Source: a virus
Lineage: Duplodnaviria > Caudoviricetes
DNA length: 38,565 nt
Strand: one strand, 5' to 3'
Virus record (IMG/VR): IMGVR_UViG_3300022200_000140
Span: 1 to 38,565 of that record
Shown here: one piece after another, positions 8,765 to 17,745 of the stretch
How positions within the stretch are numbered: the first letter of the stretch is position 1
Layout of the letters: every line of letters begins with the position of its first letter
Notes under the pieces: generated by a model
Databases searched by the model: none
What the model was told of the DNA's origin: nothing
The model's input: the letters and a program-made list of their open reading frames with translations, nothing else
Translations under genes and position numbers: made by a program

Positions 8765-10075
8765 CTACATGGCCTCCCTAAGTACTTTCATCTTCTCTCT
8801 TAGTTTATTTATTATCTTACTGTAGATACCTTTCGGTGCTACGTAATATGCGAATACTGGTTTAGTTTGACCTATCCTATGGACTCTTTTAAATGCTTGT
8901 GCATTTTGAGCTGGATTATAAGATGGATCGTTAAAGATTATTCTATTACCAGCGACTAATGTCAAACCAGTGGAAGCCGCAGGGATTGTGGCAACGATTA
9001 CATCAACTTTCCCCTGCTTATAAGCATCAGTTATCTGCTTACGTTCGTTAATGGATATACCGCCGACGATCTCTCGTACAACAAGCCCAGAGTTCTTTCT
9101 CATAATACCATCAGTTATAATCCGCACTGGATCTACATGGTCAGAGAAGATTACTAATGGGCCAGAACCACCGTTTAACATACCCACCGCTAAATCTGCG
9201 GTAAATGGCGCAACCATAATGGCAGATGCTTTCTTAATAGTAGCGTTGACGGATAACTTTTCAGTCTCTTTATACTCGATCCAAGCATCCTCTAAGGAGG
9301 GATCACTAGCAACGTCAACGATAACTGTTTTCTCTACAACTTCCTTAAGGTCGAGTACATCTTTTGCCAATCGTCGGATATACTTTCCTCGTAATAGTTT
9401 TTTGAGTCCTTCAACGTTTCTAAGGCCGTAAAATACTCTAGTAGTTTTTCCGCCCCCGATGGGCTGAGTTCGTTGAAGGCAGAACTTGGAACAGAAGTCC
9501 CAATAACTAACTCCGTCGAGTCCAATTCCACTGGTGTTCTTGGCATTGTATGAAGTGAGCATAATAAGGCTGTACCAGTCGCCGACACTATTGGTAATAG
9601 GGGTTCCCGACAATAAGGAAAGTCTTTCTGGTCGGTGATCATAGATATAATGGTGGAACGCCTTTGTTCTCTTCGCTTTAATATTCTTGAGCGCGTGCGC
9701 TTCGTCTGCCACCACATAATCGGCCCACTTAAAAAGTTCAGGCATGTTCTTATTATTAAGTTGTTCATAGTTTGTAATCACCACATCGTATTTAGTTGGA
9801 TCTAGTTGTGTTAACTCTTTTGAAGTCATGCATACGAAAATACGTACTGGGTTTTTAGCGAAGAAGTTGTATTCATCTTCCCAGTTTAACTTTAAGTATG
9901 CTGGACATATGACAAGGGTCTTGTGCATGCCTATCAAGGATACTGAAATCGCCTGCATAGTCTTACCCAAGCCCATATCCATAGCATTAATACAGTAATG
10001 ATGTTCTATCATAAACTGTATACCTTCTTTTTGGTAGTCCATTGGCATATGGTTTAAATAATTCTCGTAAATCAT
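8765..10075 (-). CDS. SNF2-family (SF2) DNA helicase
   Basis: YQKEG Q-motif, MDMGLGKT Walker A, DEAH, SGTP, GLTL, QAFKRVHRIGQ. Start is placed at ATG 10075, overlapping the HNH stop. Confidence 0.93.
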   Translation of the reverse strand: MIYENYLNHMPMDYQKEGIQFMIEHHYCINAMDMGLGKTMQAISVSLIGMHKTLVICPAYLKLNWEDEYNFFAKNPVRIFVCMTSKELTQLDPTKYDVVITNYEQLNNKNMPELFKWADYVVADEAHALKNIKAKRTKAFHHYIYDHRPERLSLLSGTPITNSVGDWYSLIMLTSYNAKNTSGIGLDGVSYWDFCSKFCLQRTQPIGGGKTTRVFYGLRNVEGLKKLLRGKYIRRLAKDVLDLKEVVEKTVIVDVASDPSLEDAWIEYKETEKLSVNATIKKASAIMVAPFTADLAVGMLNGGSGPLVIFSDHVDPVRIITDGIMRKNSGLVVREIVGGISINERKQITDAYKQGKVDVIVATIPAASTGLTLVAGNRIIFNDPSYNPAQNAQAFKRVHRIGQTKPVFAYYVAPKGIYSKIINKLREKMKVLREAM

Positions 10076-10563
10076 TTTAACCAACTCCAATTTTTACCAG
10101 TCGCTATTTTACCTATAGTCGATTTTGCTACCCCGTACCTTTCCCCTATTTCCTTTTGGGTAAATAGACCTTCTCTCAACAATGCTTTTATAGCCAGTAC
10201 GTGTGATTCTTTTAATTTAGAATTACAAGAAGATCCCCTAGCAGCTTGTCTACCATTGGCCCAAGAGTGGTCACTATTCTCTTGATTGGTACACCACTCC
10301 AAATTTACTCTTCTGTTATCCGTTTTATCAGAGTTCAGATGATTTACTTGAAGAGTTTCCATATCCTTAACACTACCGAAATGGGATAGGACAAGCCTGT
10401 GTACAGTAACAGTCTTGCCCCTTAAATCAATGTGGAGATAGCCCTTCTTGGTAAGGTACGGTTTTACCTTTCTATTTCGTATCTTAGAGAAGACATCCCC
10501 TCCGTCAGATACTCTATAGAAAGACTCGTACCCAAGAACATCCATCCAACAATTATTATCCAT
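10072..10563 (-). CDS. NUMOD4-HNH homing endonuclease with C-terminal HTH
   Basis: W.DVLGYE.FYRVSD.G.V, VHRLV, VNHLNSDKTDNRRVNLEWCT..EN..H, TQKEIGERYGVAKSTI. Confidence 0.92.
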   Translation of the reverse strand: MDNNCWMDVLGYESFYRVSDGGDVFSKIRNRKVKPYLTKKGYLHIDLRGKTVTVHRLVLSHFGSVKDMETLQVNHLNSDKTDNRRVNLEWCTNQENSDHSWANGRQAARGSSCNSKLKESHVLAIKALLREGLFTQKEIGERYGVAKSTIGKIATGKNWSWLK

Positions 10564-11282
10564 TATAAAGCATCGACACCTGACGGCTTGTTAAAAGCAT
10601 CAGTAATCATTTCAATAACACTTTCTAAAACCTCACCTTTAGTATCTAAGAACGGCTTCCCAGCTAGACTTAAAGAAAGACTTACTGCTATCTTTGTTTT
10701 TAATTCGTCTTCTCCCCAAGTTGGTTCCGCATCGTTAAATAAAGATCCAAGCTGCTTTTTGTGCTCGTTGTTTTCTCTATTGTAAGCGATTGTTTTTGGT
10801 TTCTTCGGAGCTGCCTTTTTTCTTGGAGCTTTTTTTGCCGGAGCTGGTGCCTCTTTCTCTTGTTCAACCTCTTGCTCAACTGCTGGAGCTGCTTCGGGTG
10901 CTGCTTCTTTAACTGCCTTTGCTGCTGGTTTTTCTTTTGCTGCGGTCTTTGCGGCTGGCTTCTTCGTCCCACTTATTAATTCCTGGATACACTTAGTACC
11001 GATCTCTTGGTAATCCGTTCCCAAGAAGGCGTATGTCGCCATAGACATAAGTATCGCAATCGCTGTCTCTTCTGACAAACCAACTGAAGGGATGTAATAA
11101 AATGAGGTTTCTAGTCTTAAGTTAGCATCAGATCTTTCATCAACTTTATCAGTCGTATACCCGACTGTTTTAATAAAAGCTCTATACTTGCCATCTTTAG
11201 TTTCGCCGTAACTAATTACTTCTCTACTAATTACTTTATCATTTGCTAATTGTGCCGCTGTGGCCATTGTTGGTGATTGCAT
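10563..11282 (-). CDS. Hypothetical two-domain protein with Lys/Ala/Pro/Glu low-complexity linker
   Basis: AAAGGA RBS, KKPAAKTAAKEKPAAK...KKAAPKKPK linker, located in the replication/recombination operon. Confidence 0.75.
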   Translation of the reverse strand: MQSPTMATAAQLANDKVISREVISYGETKDGKYRAFIKTVGYTTDKVDERSDANLRLETSFYYIPSVGLSEETAIAILMSMATYAFLGTDYQEIGTKCIQELISGTKKPAAKTAAKEKPAAKAVKEAAPEAAPAVEQEVEQEKEAPAPAKKAPRKKAAPKKPKTIAYNRENNEHKKQLGSLFNDAEPTWGEDELKTKIAVSLSLSLAGKPFLDTKGEVLESVIEMITDAFNKPSGVDAL

Positions 11283-11303
11283 GTTGTTTCCTTTTAGTTT
11301 TAG

Positions 11304-11498
11304 TTATACTTCTAGTTCCAAAGAGTCTAAAGAGTCTCTAATTTCTGTAATTTCTAAGTTGAGGGCAGTAATTTGATCCCCAACTCTCACTAGATGTGCT
11401 GTTATCTCATCTCTTTCCGCAATAGCATTCGTTTTTTGGTCCCTTAAGGATTGGATCTCTTTTTTCATGGTACTAATTGCCTTATTATTTCTTGCCAT
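11304..11498 (-). CDS. Small coiled-coil protein
   Basis: AGGAG RBS, heptad pattern, 64 aa. Confidence 0.65.
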   Translation of the reverse strand: MARNNKAISTMKKEIQSLRDQKTNAIAERDEITAHLVRVGDQITALNLEITEIRDSLDSLELEV

Positions 11499-11507
11499 TG
11501 TTTACTC

Positions 11508-12572
11508 CTACAGTAAGTCTACTGCTCGTTGTTGGTTATTTTGTTTTGCTTTTGGGTTTGCTTCTCGTCTTCCTGGTTTAGTTGGGGACTCTTTCTTTTC
11601 CTTAATCTCTAACCACTCATCTTCAAATGGTAATGATTCTAAACAAGATGGTTCGTCAGGGATCTCCCAATCTAAGTGATGAAATCTTGAGATATCTTTA
11701 GCAGCTTTTACCCACTTAGCTCGACCTACTCTTAAAGTCTTATCCCCTATCTCACCGCCTGGACCTACTCCCGACCAATACGATTTACAATTTGAGTAAT
11801 CCTTAGAAGCGTATACCCACCAGAATGTTTTGAATGGAGGTGCTTCACCTTGGATTATATACCAAGCATTGAATAAATCGACATACATACCCGCTGATAA
11901 ATCGTAAACAAAATCAGAAGTTTTATACCTAGTCTTCTGTAAGTTTTTAGCATTGCCTTTAGTCGATTTTAAATCAAGGATAAATCCTTTTTCTATGTTC
12001 ATCATATCGGCACGTACTTTTAGACGTAACTTTAAAGCACCTTTCTCTAGGAACGTAGGAGCGTTTGCATAAATCTCCCATCCCTTAGCCCCTAGTCTAT
12101 AAATCGATTTACTGTTAGTAAGTATGTAAACACCGCCAGACTTTACGTAAACTTCGATGAACAAAGAAACCTCTGCTACACCACCTTCTAAAAGATCGAC
12201 CGCTACCTTTGAGTTTCTAGTAGCAACGATTAAGTTTTTCGCTTGTTCGTACTCAGACTTAGTAATGATAGCTTTTCCTGCATGCAAGCCTTTGAACGCC
12301 TCCCATTCCTTGCCTCTACGTACTTTTCCTGTATAAACTGCGCACTCCTTTTCGAGTAAGTGCGGTTCAAGAATCGCAGTATGGTAATAAGTCCCAATGT
12401 CGAACGCAGGAATCCAATCACTACCAAGCTCCTTTGTAATATATTTTTTGTAAAAAGTTTCAGGGTCATCTAACATCGTCTTAAGTTGTGATGATGAATA
12501 GAAGTGTTCCTCTGGTGACAATTGAGCATGATACTCAAGATTTGTGATATCCTTATTTAAACCTAGTTTCAT
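11508..12572 (-). CDS. PD-(D/E)xK exonuclease, RecE/exodeoxyribonuclease VIII-like (DUF3799-like)
   Basis: N.EYH....SSSQLK, GTYYHTAILEP, E.S, KVRAD, ILDLKST, Y..SA.MY motifs. Confidence 0.85.
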   Translation of the reverse strand: MKLGLNKDITNLEYHAQLSPEEHFYSSSQLKTMLDDPETFYKKYITKELGSDWIPAFDIGTYYHTAILEPHLLEKECAVYTGKVRRGKEWEAFKGLHAGKAIITKSEYEQAKNLIVATRNSKVAVDLLEGGVAEVSLFIEVYVKSGGVYILTNSKSIYRLGAKGWEIYANAPTFLEKGALKLRLKVRADMMNIEKGFILDLKSTKGNAKNLQKTRYKTSDFVYDLSAGMYVDLFNAWYIIQGEAPPFKTFWWVYASKDYSNCKSYWSGVGPGGEIGDKTLRVGRAKWVKAAKDISRFHHLDWEIPDEPSCLESLPFEDEWLEIKEKKESPTKPGRREANPKAKQNNQQRAVDLL

Positions 12573-12592
12573 TATTATTCCAATGTTATGAA

Positions 12593-12610
12593 GGGAGGTT
12601 TTACCCTCCC
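12593..12610 (-). terminator. Hairpin downstream of the SSB-like gene
   Basis: gggagg-ttttac-cctccc stem-loop just after the stop codon, with a weak U-tract. Confidence 0.5.
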
Positions 12611-12616
12611 AATTGA

Positions 12617-13054
12617 CTATAGTTGTGTAAAACTTTCTACTGCGCCTTCAGCTTCTTCGTCACCATCTTCAGCAACCAACACAGAAACATCGTGACATTC
12701 CTTGCCTGCGAAGGGTCCTTTAGTTAAAGGTTTCATACCATTGTAGATGATCTTAACGATTTCACCTTGCTCAGTTTGTTCCATTTTATGATCAAGCCCG
12801 CCGTTAGAGTTTAAAGCGATTGTCTCACCCTCAACTATCTCAACATCAGGTACCCATTTGTTGAATTGGTTCGTATACCCATGAGCAGAATCAAACTCAA
12901 TGTTTGTTTCATCTACTGCAATATGCCATGAAGTTTTTCCGTATTTATCAGTCGATGTACCAACAAATTTACCTACGATGTAATCTTCTTCTAACCACAA
13001 TGCCCATGCACGATACTTTTTTGATCCACCAATCTCGCGAAATCCTTTACTCAT
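12617..13054 (-). CDS. Probable single-stranded DNA-binding protein
   Basis: Beta-rich OB-fold-like pattern (IVGKFVG, GEIVKIIYNG) with an acidic C-terminal tail (EDGDEEAEG). Lies between PolA and the exonuclease, with a strong AAGGAG RBS. Confidence 0.55.
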   Translation of the reverse strand: MSKGFREIGGSKKYRAWALWLEEDYIVGKFVGTSTDKYGKTSWHIAVDETNIEFDSAHGYTNQFNKWVPDVEIVEGETIALNSNGGLDHKMEQTEQGEIVKIIYNGMKPLTKGPFAGKECHDVSVLVAEDGDEEAEGAVESFTQL

Positions 13055-13062
13055 ACTTTCTC

Positions 13063-13093
13063 CTTAGAATTAAGACTTAGAATTAAGACTTAA
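13063..13093. repeat. 13-bp tandem repeat (cttagaattaaga x2 plus partial) in the SSB leader
   Basis: Read directly from the sequence. It abuts the RBS of the SSB-like gene. Confidence 0.85.
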
Positions 13094-13103
13094 GTTACCC
13101 CAC

Positions 13104-15224
13104 CTACAATAGATGGGTTTTAAATATATCTACAAAATACTTACTGAACTTGTCGTAATCTGTTTGTGCTCTTTCATCGATATAAATTTGTTGTTGTTTC
13201 ACTGGTATCTCAAATTCACCATATTCCGTTTCGTACGTCAAATCATAATACACAGTTTCAGCGGGTAAATCTGGGCCCCAAACATCTGCATCGACTTTAC
13301 AGTAACCTACCTCTTTCATTTCTTTCGGTAGATAAAACCTAAATGCTTTATCCATGAAAGACGCCATCTCAGATATCCCTAAATCTTTATCTTCGGTATT
13401 ACATTCGACATAAATAGCATCATGGAGGGTATAAGCAACCATCCTACCTTCATCTTGGATGTAACCTACTGCCAACCGCATGATATCTGATTCCCACATC
13501 TGGAAAGGACAATTACGAACTGACCTCTCGTTAGTATTATCTCCCCACATGTACCAACCGCCTGGAGCTTTCAAGAAACCATCACTCTCATAATCTTCAG
13601 TGATGTCTTCATCATTTTCATGAGCATCAGGAAAGACTTCGTAAAATAAATCAATTAGTTCCTGGGCTTCATCTTCAGTGTGTTCAATACCAGTATCTTG
13701 AGTAAGTTTTATAGCAAGACCAAACTTAGTCATACCGAATTGTATGGCCAACGTGGTCGCTTTAAATTTATCCCTCATTGCTTTATGTGTAGCTTTCGTA
13801 GCATCTTGAGGAACGGCACCAGCTTCTTTAGCAAAGTACAAATAAACATCACCCGATTGGTAGGCTTTGATCCCCTTCTTATCTTTCGATATCAACATCT
13901 TTAAGAAGAATTGAATTTGACCCCAATCGACTCCGATCATAACCCTTCCAGGTTTCGGTTCAATGAGTGCTCGCATCCACGCAGCTTTTAACGGAATAAA
14001 ACCAGTAGCACCAGGCTGAGAACGGGCAGATTGCGCGCCATAAATATTCATATACGGGTGAACTCTACCTTCCTTCGGGTCCGTACTATCAAAAAATGTT
14101 TTAGATTTCTTAAGAGACTTCTGCTTTATAATCTTTTCACCGTCGGAACGTAGTGTATCCCAATATTTTATTTGTGGTTTCTTTGGAAGAAAACCGTTTA
14201 ACGATTGTTTAGTTTTTAAGAACCTCACCATTTGAGCACCTAAATTGTTTCTAGGGTAATCATGGGTGAAGTTGTAGAACTTTTGGTATGCATCCAGGGA
14301 TAAGGAAAGTTGTTTCTTCCCAAACTTTCCACCTTTAGTCATGTCCCATTTATCTGCGTAGGGAGTGGTTAATATCCAATCCCTTTGAGGTTGCTCTTTC
14401 TTTGAAAATCTTCTTGTTGCTGGTTTCCTTACGAAAATCTTCTCTTCTGGAAACTGACTATTTATGTCAATCGCAAGATCATCCATAATATAAGATACCG
14501 AGTTAGCAAAGTTTTTAATAGATTGTGGATTATAAGGATATCCATCTGCCTCCATAACCGCCGTTCTCGCAGCGTACTCTCCTCTAAGCAACATTTCACC
14601 TTTTAAACTCTCCTGGTGCTCCCTAGGCAGCCTTTTTGTGTATAATTTGACTATCTCAGCGAACATCCGAGGCAGATATTTGATATCTGAGCTACAATAC
14701 TTCTGAATCCAACCTTTTTCTTGATCGGAAAACTCAGCAGGGGCAGATATAATAAGATCACGCATAAAGTCTTTATGTTCAGTGTCTAGTTCAACATTAA
14801 GTAATTTATACGCCGCCGCTGCTAAGTTCACCTCGGGCTTCTTATAGTTTTTTGCCCATTTGTTCGAATTTGTATAACATTTCACACCATCGATTAACTG
14901 GCGGCCGAAACCGAGACTGTTAGAATGATTTATAAGGCAACGATATTCGAGGTACATGTCGATCCACTTAAATTTAGTAGGGTCAAGGTTTAACGAAATA
15001 AACGATCTTGCTTCTGCTACCGCCGCCCATGCTAAGAAGATATAACCTTGCTCGTTCAAATCGTCTAATCTGGTAGCTAAATCAGCATCGGGTCCATGCT
15101 CATGGTGTAACCAAGCTTCTACTGGGTTTGGGTCTTCAGTAGTAGATAACGAGCAACAAACTAAATTAACATAACGTTGTTTGGTCCTGTTGAACTCAAA
15201 ATCTAGATAGCAGTATCTACTCAC
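13104..15224 (-). CDS. polA: Family A DNA polymerase with 3'-5' exonuclease domain
   Basis: ExoI YLDFEF, ExoIII YCSSD, motif A IGVDWGQIQ, motif B RDKFKATTLAIQFG, N.PFQ, motif C LHDAIY. Confidence 0.9.
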   Translation of the reverse strand: MSRYCYLDFEFNRTKQRYVNLVCCSLSTTEDPNPVEAWLHHEHGPDADLATRLDDLNEQGYIFLAWAAVAEARSFISLNLDPTKFKWIDMYLEYRCLINHSNSLGFGRQLIDGVKCYTNSNKWAKNYKKPEVNLAAAAYKLLNVELDTEHKDFMRDLIISAPAEFSDQEKGWIQKYCSSDIKYLPRMFAEIVKLYTKRLPREHQESLKGEMLLRGEYAARTAVMEADGYPYNPQSIKNFANSVSYIMDDLAIDINSQFPEEKIFVRKPATRRFSKKEQPQRDWILTTPYADKWDMTKGGKFGKKQLSLSLDAYQKFYNFTHDYPRNNLGAQMVRFLKTKQSLNGFLPKKPQIKYWDTLRSDGEKIIKQKSLKKSKTFFDSTDPKEGRVHPYMNIYGAQSARSQPGATGFIPLKAAWMRALIEPKPGRVMIGVDWGQIQFFLKMLISKDKKGIKAYQSGDVYLYFAKEAGAVPQDATKATHKAMRDKFKATTLAIQFGMTKFGLAIKLTQDTGIEHTEDEAQELIDLFYEVFPDAHENDEDITEDYESDGFLKAPGGWYMWGDNTNERSVRNCPFQMWESDIMRLAVGYIQDEGRMVAYTLHDAIYVECNTEDKDLGISEMASFMDKAFRFYLPKEMKEVGYCKVDADVWGPDLPAETVYYDLTYETEYGEFEIPVKQQQIYIDERAQTDYDKFSKYFVDIFKTHLL

Positions 15225-16774
15225 AGAAGATCCGTAAAGTTACCGGACTTAGTCTTACTCACTGGTAAATATTTGTTGGAAGGGATTATAAAATGATCGC
15301 CTTGCTCGTAAACAACTTCGCCTAAACTATGCTCACCTTCATGTAGATAATTCTCAACAAAAGAAACTATCCTAGGGATGTTACTAGGGAATCTAACATT
15401 GGTGGATTCAACCCGACTTTTATACATCTTACGTAAATCTTTAATTGAAATCTCGGTATGTTCCTTACTAAGTACAGTATCAACAATAGTTTTCTTCCAC
15501 TCCGCTAGAGATACATACACTATCCTATTGAAACGAGTTCCCTTCCATACTGAAAAGGGTGTACTGTGTTCAACCTTAGCCTTATACAAAACCCAAAACC
15601 CAAATTGACGTTGGACTTCAGGATCTTCCATAGCGGACATAAGGTCATCAATCTTATCTTGACCCCATGATTTTATCAGCGGCACCTCAGTTATTTCCGG
15701 TACTGAAAACCTTCTTTCATCATACTCAAGCATCATATCTGTAATACTATTATTTGATATGACGTTAGAGGAGAAAGTTTCAACTACGGTATCCGCATCG
15801 ATTCCTTTCTTCTCAATATTTTGTTTATTATTTATATATTTCTTTAATCTATTCAAATGTTTTAAACTATCTACTTTAATTTCATCCATCACCAACATTC
15901 TAGTTTTATCAAGTGCGGAATTGAATATAGAATCGAGTATTGATTCAGGTGCAATACGATAGTTATTTTCACCCATCAAATTCATTAGGAGTACTTCACA
16001 AAATAAACCCTTACCTGCACCTTTTTTACCATTGAGTACAAGGTAGGTTTCTGCTCTTTTAGCAAGTGCATGATGCATCCAGGAGAATACAAAGTCCCTA
16101 CACTTTTCATCAGGAAATAAATGAGACATAAATTCCATAACTATTTCAGGGCAAGTTAGTTCCTCTATCTCTTCAGCGGAAATTTTATCCTTCCTAGAAC
16201 CCATCCATTTAGGTGGTTCATATAAATTTAGTTTTTGTATTTGAGTCCCATCAAAATCACAAGTCGTATATAGGCTACTTTCATAAGGATTAAAAACTAA
16301 GTAACCCACTATTGGATGTAACATGGCCTTAGATTCCTTAGAAACAAACTTCTCCCATAGTATAGGGCTTAATGGGGAGATAGCTCCACTTGATCGATAC
16401 ACTAGTACCGAGTTAGCTGTCTTAAGATCGTAGAACGGTAGGTAATCAGTAAATTCAATAGGGATCCCGCCCTCGTCCACAACACCTAACTCATTTAGTT
16501 TAGCGGACCTATTTATTCCGTTTATTGTCCTGCATACTTCCTCACTGATCTCATTCTTATCCTTTTCATCCCACTCAAAGAAATCCTCCGTTAAATCGAA
16601 ATCTTTAAGTTTTTTTAAATCACCCTCTACTACTTTATTGTAAAGGGAATTTACCCTAGTTTGGATACCATCAATGATAAATGAGGAGGTTCCTCTAGGC
16701 TTTACGGTATGGTTTTCCATAAATGAGGTTACTAAATTTTGTAATTTGGTGCGCACTTCTGAACTAATCGACAT
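15221..16774 (-). CDS. SF3-type replicative helicase/NTPase (DUF5906-like), no primase domain recognised
   Basis: VFNP and NLYEPP pre-helicase motifs, Walker A GKKGAGKG, Walker B LVMDE, EKKG.D, SN, ERRF. Confidence 0.82.
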   Translation of the reverse strand: MSISSEVRTKLQNLVTSFMENHTVKPRGTSSFIIDGIQTRVNSLYNKVVEGDLKKLKDFDLTEDFFEWDEKDKNEISEEVCRTINGINRSAKLNELGVVDEGGIPIEFTDYLPFYDLKTANSVLVYRSSGAISPLSPILWEKFVSKESKAMLHPIVGYLVFNPYESSLYTTCDFDGTQIQKLNLYEPPKWMGSRKDKISAEEIEELTCPEIVMEFMSHLFPDEKCRDFVFSWMHHALAKRAETYLVLNGKKGAGKGLFCEVLLMNLMGENNYRIAPESILDSIFNSALDKTRMLVMDEIKVDSLKHLNRLKKYINNKQNIEKKGIDADTVVETFSSNVISNNSITDMMLEYDERRFSVPEITEVPLIKSWGQDKIDDLMSAMEDPEVQRQFGFWVLYKAKVEHSTPFSVWKGTRFNRIVYVSLAEWKKTIVDTVLSKEHTEISIKDLRKMYKSRVESTNVRFPSNIPRIVSFVENYLHEGEHSLGEVVYEQGDHFIIPSNKYLPVSKTKSGNFTDLL

Positions 16775-16847
16775 AAATTCCTTTTTTTAATTTTACAGCC
16801 TGTTATACATTCACCCTAATTTAAAACTACATATATATCCTGTACAC

Positions 16848-16877
16848 AATATGGAATAAACCTTTACAACCTGTCAA
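16848..16877 (-). promoter_or_regulatory. Sigma70-like promoter for the replication operon
   Basis: TTGACA-18 bp-CATATT on the minus strand in an AT-rich intergenic gap. Confidence 0.5.
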
Positions 16878-17027
16878 TGGTTTTCTATAAAGTGTTTATA
16901 TAGGAAGATTTCTTTTTCTTTGGTTTTTACCTTTATTGTGTATTTGCTTTCTAATCAGTTCTTTGTATATATCCTAGGTAAGTAGGAAGGATAAAAATAT
17001 TCCGGTGTTTTGGTCCCTCCTACTTCT

Positions 17028-17615
17028 TTATTTACCTTCCTCGCAAATACATACCCTAGGGAATCCTGTTACGGTTCTCCAAGTTACCCCATTCAATATA
17101 TTGTACACTGAGTCTCTAGCTATCCCATACTCTCTCGCTATTTCTGTCTTTTTACGTCCCTCACTAGCCTTTAATACTATATCAAGTACATCTTTTACCT
17201 TTAATTTACTGGACCTATGGTTTTCACCCTGGGATAAAGGCTTTAACCCACTGTCTACAGCATGGATTATATTTTCTTGGTGGGTCACCCACTCTAAATT
17301 TTCGTATTCATTGTTGGTTTTACATCCATCGATATGGTTTACACTTGGGTTTTTTAGGGGGTTAACTCCAAATGCTGTTATTACCAATCTATGTACTGTA
17401 AATGTTTTGTGTTTCCCGTTTGTGTACAGCTTCACGTGGGGGTACCCGGAGGCATTTCTATTCAACTTCAGTATTCTTCCAGTTACTAGCCTACACTCTC
17501 CTGGTCTATAAATTCGATAGCGTTCAACACTTCTAACCCTCCCTTTACTACTTACTTTATATAAACCTTCATACCCTACTATATCACCCCACTCCTCTTT
17601 TTTATAATTACTCAT
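17028..17615 (-). CDS. NUMOD4-HNH homing endonuclease with C-terminal HTH
   Basis: EEWGDIVGYEGLYKVSSKGRVRS, VHRLV, VNHIDGCKTNN...NLEWVT..EN..HA, KTEIAREYGI. The likely start is ATG 17615 rather than the track's 17729. Confidence 0.92.
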   Translation of the reverse strand: MSNYKKEEWGDIVGYEGLYKVSSKGRVRSVERYRIYRPGECRLVTGRILKLNRNASGYPHVKLYTNGKHKTFTVHRLVITAFGVNPLKNPSVNHIDGCKTNNEYENLEWVTHQENIIHAVDSGLKPLSQGENHRSSKLKVKDVLDIVLKASEGRKKTEIAREYGIARDSVYNILNGVTWRTVTGFPRVCICEEGK

Positions 17616-17745
17616 GAGAGTACTCGCAGATGCAAAGGCTTCTCTCTTCAGCACTACACTCTTCGCAGTACAACTCTTTTTCATCGTAAGGCGCGTGGTT
17701 CTTGTAGTAATCGTTTTCAACTTGCTCAAATGATATTCCGCTCAC
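17608..17745 (-). CDS. Small Cys-rich protein (CxxC...CxC), 45 aa, not in the ORF track
   Basis: GTG start overlaps the upstream TAG. Translation: MSGISFEQVENDYYKNHAPYDEKELYCEECSAEERSLCICEYSHE. Confidence 0.5.
   Translation of the reverse strand: MSGISFEQVENDYYKNHAPYDEKELYCEECSAEERSLCICEYSHE

Noticed and set aside
7725-10563. Group I introns hosting the HNH genes
   Set aside because: The HNH ORFs overlap the start and stop codons of intact neighbours. No flanking non-coding sequence exists for a ribozyme core, and no host gene is split.
13104-15224. DpoZ-type polymerase or modified-base genome
   Set aside because: No purZ, datZ, mazZ or other nucleotide-modification genes are recognisable in the window.
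17005-17511. 168-aa hydrophobic plus-strand ORF
   Set aside because: It is the antisense shadow of a clear NUMOD4-HNH gene.
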